Part shown: positions 28,986 to 38,546 of the stretch, in pieces
How the letters are laid out: the number at the start of each line of letters is the position of its first letter
Numbering within the stretch: position 1 is the stretch's first letter
Source: a bacterium
GTDB lineage: Bacteria > Desulfobacterota > DSWW01
Direction of reading: 5' to 3'
Assembly (NCBI GenBank): GCA_040756235.1
Contig: JBFLZG010000068.1
Span: 1-64,000, forward strand
DNA: 64,000 nt
Notes under the pieces: model-generated
What the model saw: the letters and a program-made list of their open reading frames with translations, nothing else
What the model was told of the DNA's origin: nothing
Databases searched by the model: none
Program-made: the position numbers and the translations under genes

Positions 28986-29136
28986 GAGCCTGTCCAAGAA
29001 TTCGGCTCCGGGAGGCTGTTCAGAAATGTCCAGATGCAAGGCGCGCGAAGTTCTGAGGAATGAGGCGTACATGGGAGTACGCCGCAATGACGAAGGACGA
29101 GCGCAACGCCGCAGATGGGCATTTGTGGACAGCCTC
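28986..29136. mobile_element. Palindromic MITE/REP-like element, copy 7 (151 bp minimal form), flanked by CTAG
   Basis: CTAG (28982-85) | GAGCCTGTCCA ... TGGACAGCCTC | CTAG (29137-40). Terminal IR 10/11. Central hairpin GGCGTAC-ATGGGA-GTACGCC. Confidence 0.9.
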
Positions 29137-29191
29137 CTAGACACCCATCGAGAATGGAGCGGAATATGGGGATCGGTGACAGAAGAAGGCA

Positions 29192-30961
29192 TCAAGGAAT
29201 GGCCGCAAAGTGCTCGATGCGCTTCTTTGCCTTCCGGTAGTAAGGATGGTCGGGAGGGACGACCTTCAGCACCTCTTTCCAGCGGCGCAACGCCTCAGGC
29301 AGATTGATCTCCTGAAGAGAATACCCCTCGCGATAAAGCTGCTTCGCCATGTCTTCAAGCTGAGCGAGCCCGGTCCGCACGTCCTTGTCTTGCGGCGATA
29401 TCGCGCCGGCCATATGCCAGAAGAAAAAGGCGCTCAGGTTGTTCCCCCGGTCGAATTCCCGTTTTCCCCTCTCGTAATAGATGCGCCCCAGGCTGGCGGA
29501 AGCCTGCTCGAACAGCGCGCCTCGCCCCCCGCCTGTCACGCTCCGATCCTTTTCCAGGAAGTCGGCCCAGGTGCTCAGGGCCTGCGGAAGATTCCCCTGG
29601 CTCTGGAGGGCCAGAGCGGATCGGAAGCGCTCCCCGGCCTCCCGGATCGCGGCCGCCATCCCGGATTCCCGATCGCCGGGCGCTGCGCCCGAGCTCCCGG
29701 TAACGAAGTGCGCGCGGTCCTGGGCCGTTTGAACATCCCCGCGCAAGTAAGCCTCCAGCATGCCGTCTGCGGGCCGCGCTTCCCGGACGGCCGCGGCATC
29801 CGCGGAAGACGGCCGAGCAGGAGCGGCGGCAGCGGCGGACCTTTCCGTGTGGCTGGGCGCCTTGCCGGTCGCGCCGTTCGCCTTCGCCTCATCCCTGGCC
29901 GTCTGCTCCTGGAGTCCTCCCTGATCGTTCCCTGCGGATTCGCCGGCGATCTCCTTGCGCCTGGATTGCGCCGCCTGCACGATCAGCAAGGCATCCCTGT
30001 GATTGGGAAACTTGGAAAGGACCGCCTCCCCTTCTTTTCTGGCCTGGGTCCACTCCCCCCGCCCCAGAGCTTCCTTTGCCGCGCGGATGCGGTCCTCCAG
30101 GCTCGAAGAGCCGATCTCCCGGACCAGCCGCTCCGTCTCCCGATAGTAGACGCTTTCCTCATCGATCGACTGCAGGAGTCGCTTCGCTTCGGCACGCTCC
30201 CCTTCCAGGAGCAAACCCTTCCCCTCATTCAGCAGGTCCAGGTTGCGGCTCTCTTGCACCGCTTCCCGAAAGGCATCTTCCGTATCCAGAAAACTCGGCG
30301 CCTGCTCTCGAATCTTTGTGAAAATGACGATGGCTTGATCCCATCGCCTTGCGGAGAGCAGATCCATCCCCTGTTCATACAGGGGCCGGAGCATTCTGGG
30401 CTCGAACGCGGCTTCACCGCCGAGTGACGCCACCTCGGTCACTGCGGCCGTCTGCGGCCGATGCTCTCTGAAGACGTAGTATCCGAGAAGACCGGCCGTC
30501 ACCGCTAAGGCGAGCAGCAGTGCGCCCGCCCGCCGCAACAAGATTCCTTTCTTCTCGGGCACGGCCGCCCGCCCGCCCACCGCGCTCCAGAGCTCTTCCT
30601 GGGACACGCACTCTCCTGGTGCGACGTACCGAAACACGCTCTGCCCCAGCGTGAGAATGTCCCCCTTGCTCAATGCCGCCTCGGTCAGCGGTTCACCGTT
30701 GAGGTAGACCGCGCCGTCCGGGTCCAGGGTCCGGACCACAGGACCTTCTTCTCCAACAACAACCTCGACCTGATGGGGTCTGATGCTGCGGTCGTAGACG
30801 ATCAGGTCATTGTCCTTGGCCGAGCCGATTCGGTACGTTCCGTCTCCCAGCAAATGGGCAGACGCCGCCTTGTCGCCACGGAGCTGAAACAGCAGGGCCG
30901 AACCGGCACGCTCCGGGGACACCGGGTCTGCGGGCGGCATGGTGCGGGGATCAGGCTCCAT
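29192..30961 (-). CDS. FHA-like domain, TM and TPR-like helical protein
   Basis: 'YRIGSAKDNDLIV...VYLNG....AALSKGDILTLGQS', TM 'ALLLALAVTAGLLGYYVF', TPR-like repeats ('LYEQGMDLL..RRWDQAI..F'). Confidence 0.8.
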   Translation of the reverse strand: MEPDPRTMPPADPVSPERAGSALLFQLRGDKAASAHLLGDGTYRIGSAKDNDLIVYDRSIRPHQVEVVVGEEGPVVRTLDPDGAVYLNGEPLTEAALSKGDILTLGQSVFRYVAPGECVSQEELWSAVGGRAAVPEKKGILLRRAGALLLALAVTAGLLGYYVFREHRPQTAAVTEVASLGGEAAFEPRMLRPLYEQGMDLLSARRWDQAIVIFTKIREQAPSFLDTEDAFREAVQESRNLDLLNEGKGLLLEGERAEAKRLLQSIDEESVYYRETERLVREIGSSSLEDRIRAAKEALGRGEWTQARKEGEAVLSKFPNHRDALLIVQAAQSRRKEIAGESAGNDQGGLQEQTARDEAKANGATGKAPSHTERSAAAAAPARPSSADAAAVREARPADGMLEAYLRGDVQTAQDRAHFVTGSSGAAPGDRESGMAAAIREAGERFRSALALQSQGNLPQALSTWADFLEKDRSVTGGGRGALFEQASASLGRIYYERGKREFDRGNNLSAFFFWHMAGAISPQDKDVRTGLAQLEDMAKQLYREGYSLQEINLPEALRRWKEVLKVVPPDHPYYRKAKKRIEHFAAIP

Positions 30962-30979
30962 GGCATCCCCCGTTCGGGC

Positions 30980-32170
30980 TCATTTCTTCCCCAGCCTTTC
31001 CGCCAGCTCCTTGGCCTTTCGATGACGTGGATCTTCTTCGCTCGGGATCTTCTTCAGGATCTGCTCGATCTCGAACTGAGCCGCCCGGAGATCCTTGAGC
31101 TTCAGGAACTTCCTGGCGTTGAACATGTAGTCGTCGTAGATCTTCCCCAGCTCATCCTCGTACTGCGTCCTCGCGTCCAGAAGAAGGTTGCGCATCGCCG
31201 GGTCCTCGCACGCGATCAGGTACTCCTCCCCCTGTCTCAGGTACTGGATCGCGTCGTACAGGTTGGCCTCGTTGATGCGTCGCTCCAGGTACTTCTCCTG
31301 GGCCAGCCGCAAATACTTGCGCGCCACGTCGACATCGCATCGGGGAATCGGCACTTCCTGGATGCGGACGTCCCGGATACCCCAGCGGACATTGCCCGGA
31401 GGATTCTTCAGGTTGTCGAAACGGACGAGGTTGACCTCTCCCGCCTTCAGCGCCTCTCGAGGCATGTCGAGCGACACCGATTCGTCGGCCCAGCGGTCCA
31501 CCGTAACCGGCACATACTCCAACTTCCTGTCGTTCAGATAGATTTCCACCAGCCTCGGCTCGGCGATGAAACCGGGTCGGAACTGCAGCCGGTATTTGGG
31601 GTGCTCTGCGGTGAACGAAAACTCGACCTTGTCCACATAGTTTTTCCCCCCCACCCGGTAACCGAAGATCCCTTCTACCGGCAGGGGCAGGGGGCCGGAG
31701 GCCGCGAGGTCCAAGCCCTCCTTTTCCCCTCTCCAGAAACGACTCCCCGCATATGCAGCCAGGACCACCAGGAGCAGCGATAGAATCAGCAGCGGCGGCC
31801 GATGGATGGCGGTGCCCTTGTGCAGGAGTTCATCCAGCACGTCTGGACTCGCTCCCTGCTCCGGGACCTCCTCGCGGACGAGAGAGATGTGGAACACATA
31901 GGGACCCACCTGCAGCTCGTCCCCGTTGTGCAGAGGCTCATGCGAGACCAGCAGCCCGTTCAGCTTGGTTCCCTTTTCGCTGTTCAGATCCTGCAGGAAG
32001 ACCCCGTCCTTCTCGACCACCACTTTCAGGTGCTGAGCCGAGACGTCCTGATGGTTCAGGATCAGGTCGTTGGAGAACGCTCTTCCCACCAGGATCTCGC
32101 CGGGGGGGAAGGGATACCGCCTCCCGGTCTCCGGCCCTTCGACGATCATGAATTCGACGGCTGTGAGCAC
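30980..32170 (-). CDS. FHA domain, TM and periplasmic domain protein
   Basis: 'ILVGRAFSNDLILNHQDVSAQH...QDLNSEKGTKLNG...LHNGDELQVG' and TM 'LLILSLLLVVLAAYAG'. Confidence 0.85.
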   Translation of the reverse strand: MLTAVEFMIVEGPETGRRYPFPPGEILVGRAFSNDLILNHQDVSAQHLKVVVEKDGVFLQDLNSEKGTKLNGLLVSHEPLHNGDELQVGPYVFHISLVREEVPEQGASPDVLDELLHKGTAIHRPPLLILSLLLVVLAAYAGSRFWRGEKEGLDLAASGPLPLPVEGIFGYRVGGKNYVDKVEFSFTAEHPKYRLQFRPGFIAEPRLVEIYLNDRKLEYVPVTVDRWADESVSLDMPREALKAGEVNLVRFDNLKNPPGNVRWGIRDVRIQEVPIPRCDVDVARKYLRLAQEKYLERRINEANLYDAIQYLRQGEEYLIACEDPAMRNLLLDARTQYEDELGKIYDDYMFNARKFLKLKDLRAAQFEIEQILKKIPSEEDPRHRKAKELAERLGKK

Positions 32171-32171
32171 G

Positions 32172-32618
32172 CTAGCCTCTGCAGGCGGGCCCTGGGCCGG
32201 CTCGGCCTGGGGAAACGCCCGTCATGATGTGGTCCCCGGCATCGGTCCCGGTCCTGGCCAGAGTCCCGGCGGGCAACTCCAAGGTGTGACAGCCAGCTCC
32301 CCCGGTCAGAGCCAACCTCCACGGGCCGATGCGCGAAACCACTTTGACTACCCGCAGGTCATCGTCCAGGAAGCAGACATCGATCGGCATCCGCATGCAG
32401 CAGGTGTGAATGGAAGAGCAGCCGGTCAACAGCAGTGCATCCATCTCGCGCCACTCACGGCGAAACATCAGACCCAGAGCTTTACCCCAAAAACCGGACG
32501 CCAGCCTTCCTCTCATGCAGAGCCAGGTGCCCTTGGTCTCGTTGCGGGCCGCGAACGAGCGGCCTTCCACCGTTCCGGCCAGCTCGCGCAAGGCAAGCGA
32601 TTGCGGCGCGGGCATCAT
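32172..32618 (-). CDS. DUF192 family protein (Tad-associated type)
   Basis: 'FWGKALGLMFR', 'CSSIHTCCMRMPIDVCFLD', 'TLELPAG...GD'. Confidence 0.82.
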   Translation of the reverse strand: MMPAPQSLALRELAGTVEGRSFAARNETKGTWLCMRGRLASGFWGKALGLMFRREWREMDALLLTGCSSIHTCCMRMPIDVCFLDDDLRVVKVVSRIGPWRLALTGGAGCHTLELPAGTLARTGTDAGDHIMTGVSPGRAGPGPACRG

Positions 32619-32619
32619 C

Positions 32620-33525
32620 TCATAGACCGACCTGTCGGATCGCGCTCAACAAGGGAACGATGAGTATGATGGCGATCGAAAGCAGGTTCGCGATGATGAT
32701 CGGGAACAGGATCTTCACCGGAACCTTCTGTGCGGCCTTCTCCGCCCTCTCGAACCTTCTGTTCCGCATCTGCGCCGACTGGATTCTCATGACCGACGCG
32801 AGGCCGGTGCCCATGCGGTCCGCCTGGACGACAGCGCCGACGAAATGGGAGATCTCCTGCATTTGCACCCTCTCGGCCAGGCTCATGAGCGCCTCTCGAC
32901 GGCTCTTCCCCAGACGCGTCTCCTGGATCACGAATTTCAGCTCATCCCGCAGCGGACCCGGAGGGCCGTTCGCGACGACCCGCTCGAGGCCCGAGCCGAA
33001 ATCGAGGCCGGCCTCCACCGCGAGGGTCAGCAGGTCACAGCAGAACGGCAGATCGCGGAGAATGTAGAACTGTCTCTTCTTTGTCAGAGACATCAAGTAC
33101 AAGCCCGGAACGAAGAAGCCGAGGGCGCCAAACGCCAGCAACGCGAAGACGGAAAGGCGGCTGGGAAAGGAGATGTAGAGCGAGATCCCCAGGAGGACGA
33201 AAAGGACTGCGCTCAGCTCGCACAGGGCCAGGTACTCCATCGGCTTGAGATCGAGGGGCCTTCCGGCAGCGTCGAGCCTGCGCCGCAGGACGTCTTCATA
33301 ACCTGCCATGTTCCAGGACAGGTTGACCTTGGCCACGAGCCGCACCAGAGCCATGGTGGCCCGGTAAAGGGGATTCCTGCCGGCTCGGCTTCCTTCCAAT
33401 CCGAAGAAGCCGTCCTCTCCCATGGGCACCTGCTGGATGTCCTGGATCATGCGGCAGCAGGCGTACACGAACAGGACGACGGACACGAACGTCAGGAACT
33501 CGATCACGATGGAGGGCGTCATCAC
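32620..33525 (-). CDS. tadC: Tad pilus inner-membrane protein TadC
   Basis: 'DLP...DLLTLAVEAGLDF', 'GKSRREAL..LAERV', 'QADRMGT', 'AEKAAQKVPVKILFP'. Confidence 0.9.
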   Translation of the reverse strand: MMTPSIVIEFLTFVSVVLFVYACCRMIQDIQQVPMGEDGFFGLEGSRAGRNPLYRATMALVRLVAKVNLSWNMAGYEDVLRRRLDAAGRPLDLKPMEYLALCELSAVLFVLLGISLYISFPSRLSVFALLAFGALGFFVPGLYLMSLTKKRQFYILRDLPFCCDLLTLAVEAGLDFGSGLERVVANGPPGPLRDELKFVIQETRLGKSRREALMSLAERVQMQEISHFVGAVVQADRMGTGLASVMRIQSAQMRNRRFERAEKAAQKVPVKILFPIIIANLLSIAIILIVPLLSAIRQVGL

Positions 33526-33575
33526 TTACGGTTTCTTTCCTGTCGACGCGGCGGGCGCCGTGCCCTGGAGCGCCG

Positions 33576-34439
33576 TCACACCCGGATGTTCACGAGCCGC
33601 CGCACCATGACGATGACCATGACCTGGAACAGGATGACAGCGTAAAGCGCAATCCTTCCGGCGAACGTATGGAAGAGGGGCTTCAGGTATTCCGGCTGCC
33701 AGAGGAACAGCAAGCCGTAAAGAACGAACGGGATGGCACCGCATACGAAGGCCTGCAGCCTGCCCTGCGCGGTCAGGGTGTCGATGCGCTCCATGACCCG
33801 GTGGCGCGAACGGATCACCTCGGCCAGATGGTCGAAGATCTCCGAGATGTCTCCCCCGAGCTCGCGCGTGATGATGGTGGAGAAGACCATCAGGTTCAAC
33901 TCTTCGCTGTCCACCCTTCGTCCCAGGTTCTGAAGCGCCTCGTTCAGAGGGATGCCGATCCGGTATTCCCTCAGGAGGAGATCGAACTCCTGCGAGAGCG
34001 GGGGCTTGGAATTCTCGACCAGACTCTCCATGGCCTGCACCAGAGACAGGCCCGCCTTGACCGAGCTCGACAGGTACTCCAGCCCCTGGATGAACTGGTC
34101 CTCGAACTGCTTCCTGCGCTTGCGCATGGAAAAATTGAGCAGGATCCTCGGCACCAGCAAACCGATCAGCGCCATGATGATCGAGGCGAGGACGTTCAGC
34201 CTGGTGATCACGAGCGTGAGCACAAAGACCAGGCACATCACCAGAATGCTGATGTTCAGGATTCTCCTGGGATTCAAGAAGATGAACATCGTCTCCAGGG
34301 TGCGGCTCACACCTCTCAGGTAGCGGCTCTGATAGTAGCCGAATACGGACCTCCCGGTGCTCAGCAGCAAGGTCGAGATGAACGCCACCGCCACGAACAC
34401 CGTGAAATAGACCAAAAGCATATAGATGGTTCTGGGCAT
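33576..34439 (-). CDS. tadB: Tad pilus inner-membrane protein TadB
   Basis: 'FEDQF...L..LSSSVKAGLSL', 'PPLSQEF', 'GGDISEI', 'TLTAQGRLQ'. Confidence 0.9.
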   Translation of the reverse strand: MPRTIYMLLVYFTVFVAVAFISTLLLSTGRSVFGYYQSRYLRGVSRTLETMFIFLNPRRILNISILVMCLVFVLTLVITRLNVLASIIMALIGLLVPRILLNFSMRKRRKQFEDQFIQGLEYLSSSVKAGLSLVQAMESLVENSKPPLSQEFDLLLREYRIGIPLNEALQNLGRRVDSEELNLMVFSTIITRELGGDISEIFDHLAEVIRSRHRVMERIDTLTAQGRLQAFVCGAIPFVLYGLLFLWQPEYLKPLFHTFAGRIALYAVILFQVMVIVMVRRLVNIRV

Positions 34440-34447
34440 GCACGCCT

Positions 34448-36097
34448 CTAATTCCGACCGGCGCCGTCCACTGTGAACAGCTCCATATTCACCGGGATCC
34501 CGCTCTCGGCGAGCTCATGGTAGCACCGTGGCACCGACCCCGTCGGCACGATGCGCCCGAGCACCTTTCCGTCCTGGCTCACGCCGTGCTGCTTGAAGAT
34601 GAAGATCTCCTGGGTCTGGTAGCTCCCCTCGCCGTCCAGCCCGAGCACCTCCGTCACGTTCACCAGCCGTCTCGAACCGTCCCGAAACCGCATGAGTTGA
34701 ACGACGATGTGGATGGCCGAGGCGATCTGCTCCCGGATGACACGAACGGGAAGGTCCATCCCGGCCATGAGGACCATGGTTTCCAGCCTTCTCAGGGCAT
34801 CGTAGGGAGAGTTCGCGTGGGCCGTGGTGAGCGATCCATCGTGGCCGGTATTCATGGCCTGGAGCATGTCCAGGGCTTCGCCGCCCCGCACCTCTCCGAC
34901 CACGATCCGGTCCGGCCGCATGCGCAGACAGTTCCTCACCAGGTCTCGGATCGTGACCTCCCCTCTTCCCTGGATGTTCGGCGGCCTGGCCTCCAGGGAG
35001 ATCAGGTGCTCCTGCGGCAGCTGGAGCTCCGCTGAGTCCTCGACCGTAATGATCCTTTCATACTTCGGCAGAAATGCACACAAGACGTTGAGGAGGGTCG
35101 TCTTTCCGCTTGAGGTGCCGCCCGAAATGACGATGTTCTTGCGGTGGGTCACCGCTGTCTGGAGAAAGTCGCACACCGCAGGCGTGATGCTCCCGGCCTC
35201 GATGAGCCGGGCGCTGGTAAAGGGGCGGCTGGCGAATTTCCGAATCGTGAGCGCCGGTCCTTTCAGAGAGAGGGGCATGATCACGGCGTTCACCCGGGAT
35301 CCGTCGCGCAGGCGTGCATCCACCATGGGGACGCTCTCGTCGATGCGCCTTCCCAGGGGGCTGACGATGCGTTCGATGATCCCCAGGAGAGAAAGATCGC
35401 TCGCGAAGGAGCGGCTCGTGAGGTACAGCTTGCCTCGAATTTCCACGAAGATCTGGTCCTTGCGGTTCACCATGATCTCCGTCACTTCGGGATCTTTGAT
35501 CAGATCCTCGATCGGACCCAGGCCCAGGACCTCATCCATCATCTCCTTGTGGAGCTTTTCCCGATCGAGATTCCCGGGGATTTCCTCCCCCATGGCATCC
35601 ATGATGCTCCAGATGGCCCGGCTCGTGGTGACGCGGAGCTCGGTCTCGTCGATGTTCTTCAGGTCCATTCTGCGCAGGTCGAGGAAGGCGATGAGACGTT
35701 TGTGGATCTCCTGCTTGATCGGGACCAGGCTTTCATCGTACTGCTTGTCCGGGGATTCGAGGATGTCCCAGTAGATCTCCTTGCGCGCGCTCTGCTCCTC
35801 CTCGACATGGTCTTCCAGCATGGAGAGGGTGTAGCTTCCCAGAGAAATGACGTCGCCGAAAGTGAACGGCCGACTTCCCCTGACCCGCTTCCCGTTCAGA
35901 AAAGTGCCGGTCCGGCTCTCCAGGTCGATGACCTCGCACGCTTCTCCGTTCAGGCGCAACTTCAGGTGCCGTCCGGAGAGCGAGGGCTGGTAGACCACGA
36001 CGTCGTTGGTGGAGGAGGTGCCCACATAGATCTCGGGCTTCGTCACCTCGTACTCGAAGGTGGAGCCGTCCTCCCGGTTTTGAATCTGCAGTCGCAT
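34448..36097 (-). CDS. cpaF: CpaF/TadA pilus ATPase with an N-terminal FHA domain
   Basis: FHA 'IYVG...NDVV...LSGRH...DLESRTGTFLNG', then 'LGLGPIEDL', 'RRIDES.PMVDARL.DGSRVN', Walker A 'GGTSSGKTT', 'LRMRPDRIVVGEVRG', 'AMNTGHDGS'. Confidence 0.94.
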   Translation of the reverse strand: MRLQIQNREDGSTFEYEVTKPEIYVGTSSTNDVVVYQPSLSGRHLKLRLNGEACEVIDLESRTGTFLNGKRVRGSRPFTFGDVISLGSYTLSMLEDHVEEEQSARKEIYWDILESPDKQYDESLVPIKQEIHKRLIAFLDLRRMDLKNIDETELRVTTSRAIWSIMDAMGEEIPGNLDREKLHKEMMDEVLGLGPIEDLIKDPEVTEIMVNRKDQIFVEIRGKLYLTSRSFASDLSLLGIIERIVSPLGRRIDESVPMVDARLRDGSRVNAVIMPLSLKGPALTIRKFASRPFTSARLIEAGSITPAVCDFLQTAVTHRKNIVISGGTSSGKTTLLNVLCAFLPKYERIITVEDSAELQLPQEHLISLEARPPNIQGRGEVTIRDLVRNCLRMRPDRIVVGEVRGGEALDMLQAMNTGHDGSLTTAHANSPYDALRRLETMVLMAGMDLPVRVIREQIASAIHIVVQLMRFRDGSRRLVNVTEVLGLDGEGSYQTQEIFIFKQHGVSQDGKVLGRIVPTGSVPRCYHELAESGIPVNMELFTVDGAGRN

Positions 36098-36123
36098 GCA
36101 GGAGATCCCGTGACGCGCTCCGG

Positions 36124-37587
36124 TCAGTCGGTGAGCCTCGGTTTGAGCGCCTCCCCGGTCTCGTCGTACTTCTTCTCCAAGCTGCGGATCATCTCTTCGT
36201 CCTGCTCTTCCTCCGGCTCGAGCAAGCGGGATGCGAGAAAGATGACCAGCTCGCTCTGGTCGTTGGAGAAGTCCCTGGACTTGAACAGCTCGCCGATGAT
36301 CGGGAGCTTGCCGATGAGCGGCACTCTCTCCACGCCCTTGGTGTCGCTCTGGTTCACCAACCCGGACAAGGTCAGGACCTTCTCCTTGTCCAGGGTCACG
36401 TACGTCTCGACGCTCCTCTTCTTGAAGCCGGGGTAGCCGCCGACCGAGATCGCGTTGTCGATGGTCGAGCTCTCCGCCTCCACGCTGGCCGAGATCTTCC
36501 CGTCCCTGTGAGCGATCGGCGATATCTTGAGGATGATGCCAAAAGATTTGTAGGTAATGAGGATCCGTTCCTCCGTGATCAGCGGCAGCGGGATCTCGCC
36601 GCCGGCAATGAACTCGGCCTTCTCACCGCTCTTGCAGACGAGGCGCGGGTGGGCCAGCGTCCGGGCCAGGGCATCGGATTCGAGGAGGTTCACATTGACC
36701 CCGAAATCATCGGCTCCCGTCAAGATCGCGTCCCCTTGCTCCCAGGTGCCCCTCACCATGTCCCGCAGGAAGGTGACTTCATCTACCTGGACCCTGGCCA
36801 CGTCATCCCAGTTGAGGCCGATCTTCTCGAGGTAGCGCTTGCCGACCTCCACGAATTGAATGTCGATCAGGACGAGCCGGTCGAGCTTTCCGCCGACCCG
36901 GACGAGGTTGACACACGAATCGAAATACGCGGTCGAGAGCGTCTGCACCGTCTCCAGGTCCTCCTTCACGCCCACGGTCCCCTCGAGGAAGATTTTGCCC
37001 CCCACCCCTTCCGCGCGCACGTCGGGGTAGCCGTTCTTGGTCAGGCAGCGGTTGATCTCGGATGCGATCAAGCGCGTGATCGCGCTGCTCATCCGCGCCA
37101 GCACGGTCACGTCCTTGGGGTACATGGCGCAAACGTGACGGATCCGTTCGAAGTCCTGACGGGTGAAGACCTCTCCGTCGACCACGACCCGCTCCCCCAC
37201 GGTCCGGATGAGGATTCCTTCCACCTCCCCGAGCACCGCCTGGACCTCGTCCCGCACCAGCCCGATGTCCTTGGCCATGACCTGGATCGTGGTCGTGGTC
37301 TGCCTGCCCTGCGCATCCCAGGCGACGAGGTCCGTGGTCCCCCGCCCGAGGCCCGTCACCAGGATCTGGCGCCCCTGGGAGATGATCTTGACGTCCGCGA
37401 CCTCAGGGTCGCCGATCGCCACCTGCTCCAGCGGGGCCGGCACATCCAGGACCCGCTGCTGCCCGAGGGTGATCCTCAACGTCCCGCCCACGGTCTCGGC
37501 CCTGGCGAGATTGGACGCGCTCAGAAGCCAAACAATGGACCCCAGCCAGATGGCAGCGGCCCGCCCCCCCTGATGCCCGTGCTTCAT
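36124..37587 (-). CDS. cpaC: Tad secretin CpaC/RcpA (with BON-like repeats)
   Basis: Signal peptide, 'VAIGDPEVADV', 'GTTDLVAW', 'SGEKAEFIAGGEIP', 'VPLIGKLPIIGELFKS'. Confidence 0.92.
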   Translation of the reverse strand: MKHGHQGGRAAAIWLGSIVWLLSASNLARAETVGGTLRITLGQQRVLDVPAPLEQVAIGDPEVADVKIISQGRQILVTGLGRGTTDLVAWDAQGRQTTTTIQVMAKDIGLVRDEVQAVLGEVEGILIRTVGERVVVDGEVFTRQDFERIRHVCAMYPKDVTVLARMSSAITRLIASEINRCLTKNGYPDVRAEGVGGKIFLEGTVGVKEDLETVQTLSTAYFDSCVNLVRVGGKLDRLVLIDIQFVEVGKRYLEKIGLNWDDVARVQVDEVTFLRDMVRGTWEQGDAILTGADDFGVNVNLLESDALARTLAHPRLVCKSGEKAEFIAGGEIPLPLITEERILITYKSFGIILKISPIAHRDGKISASVEAESSTIDNAISVGGYPGFKKRSVETYVTLDKEKVLTLSGLVNQSDTKGVERVPLIGKLPIIGELFKSRDFSNDQSELVIFLASRLLEPEEEQDEEMIRSLEKKYDETGEALKPRLTD

Positions 37588-37608
37588 CGTCTCACCTTCC
37601 CCGGAGCC

Positions 37609-38433
37609 TCACTCGACTCTCTCGCGTTTTTGTGCGCCCCCCCGGATCACCAGGATGCGGCTGTCCCTGGCGGTCTGGATTTGTTCGCGAACCTTGGGCT
37701 GGAGAATGTCCGAGAAGGTCACCTTGGGCAGGTTCTCCAGCGATTCGATATCCTCAGGGTTCCGCAGCACATTGTAGAGCACCCCGACCTGCTGCGCGTG
37801 GATCAGCAGCGCAGCCTCCTCGGGGGTGACGAGCACGGTCAGCAGACCCGCTCCCAGGCGCTCGCGGCCGGTTCCGGATCGAGCCGAGGTCACCTGTCCG
37901 GTGGCCAGCACCACCACGTTCTGCAGAAGCGTCAGGGTGGTTTCCGGGTCCTGGCTGCCGGGGTTCTGCGGACGGAAGGTGCCCAGGATGTCGATGTGGT
38001 CGCCGGGCTGGAGCAATCCCGAGATGTTCGATGTGTCCTCGACTTTGAGCGACAAGGCCCTCTCGCCCTCTTTGATCATGGACGAGAAGCCCCGGTATCT
38101 TTCTCCGCCCTTGAAGTCCATCCACAGGATCGGGTCGCCGGACCGGACCGGGTAGAGGAGCTCCCGGCCCATGATCAGGTCCACCTCCTCGGGATAGATC
38201 GCGTTGGCGTGCACGAAGTTCTTCGGCACCGGCCGGGTGGCCAACATGTCCATTGAGATCGGCGTGTCGGCGGACACATTCTGCCGGGCCACGACGATCC
38301 GCACCGGCTCCAGTCCTTTGGTGATGGCCTTCTGCTCGACCGTCAGGTAGTTGCGCACCATGAGCACGGCTGCGAACCCGAGGGCAATCGAAAGAATCAG
38401 GGGCAAGGTCGGCCGGAAGTCGAATTTTTTCAT
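37609..38433 (-). CDS. cpaB: Flp pilus assembly protein CpaB/RcpC
   Basis: TM, SAF domain 'IVVARQNV', 'GERALSLKV....ISGLLQPGDHIDI', 'LLQNVVVLA', 'VLVTPEEA'. Confidence 0.92.
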   Translation of the reverse strand: MKKFDFRPTLPLILSIALGFAAVLMVRNYLTVEQKAITKGLEPVRIVVARQNVSADTPISMDMLATRPVPKNFVHANAIYPEEVDLIMGRELLYPVRSGDPILWMDFKGGERYRGFSSMIKEGERALSLKVEDTSNISGLLQPGDHIDILGTFRPQNPGSQDPETTLTLLQNVVVLATGQVTSARSGTGRERLGAGLLTVLVTPEEAALLIHAQQVGVLYNVLRNPEDIESLENLPKVTFSDILQPKVREQIQTARDSRILVIRGGAQKRERVE

Positions 38434-38546
38434 TGCATCGGGCCTCTCATCGCGTATGAAGGACATCGGGCGGTCCGGCGTATGGGCGGACCGCTCCGAG
38501 AATCAACCCGCACAACCTGCCTCGCCGCTCCGCACGAGCCCGACTA

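Noticed and set aside
29053..29100. CTGAGGA...GAA in the repeat, resembling a hammerhead ribozyme core (CUGANGA...GAAA)
   Set aside because: No GAAA plus stem III/UH junction. The motif is better explained as a GA internal loop in a continuous rod, and it is TTGAGGA in copy 5.
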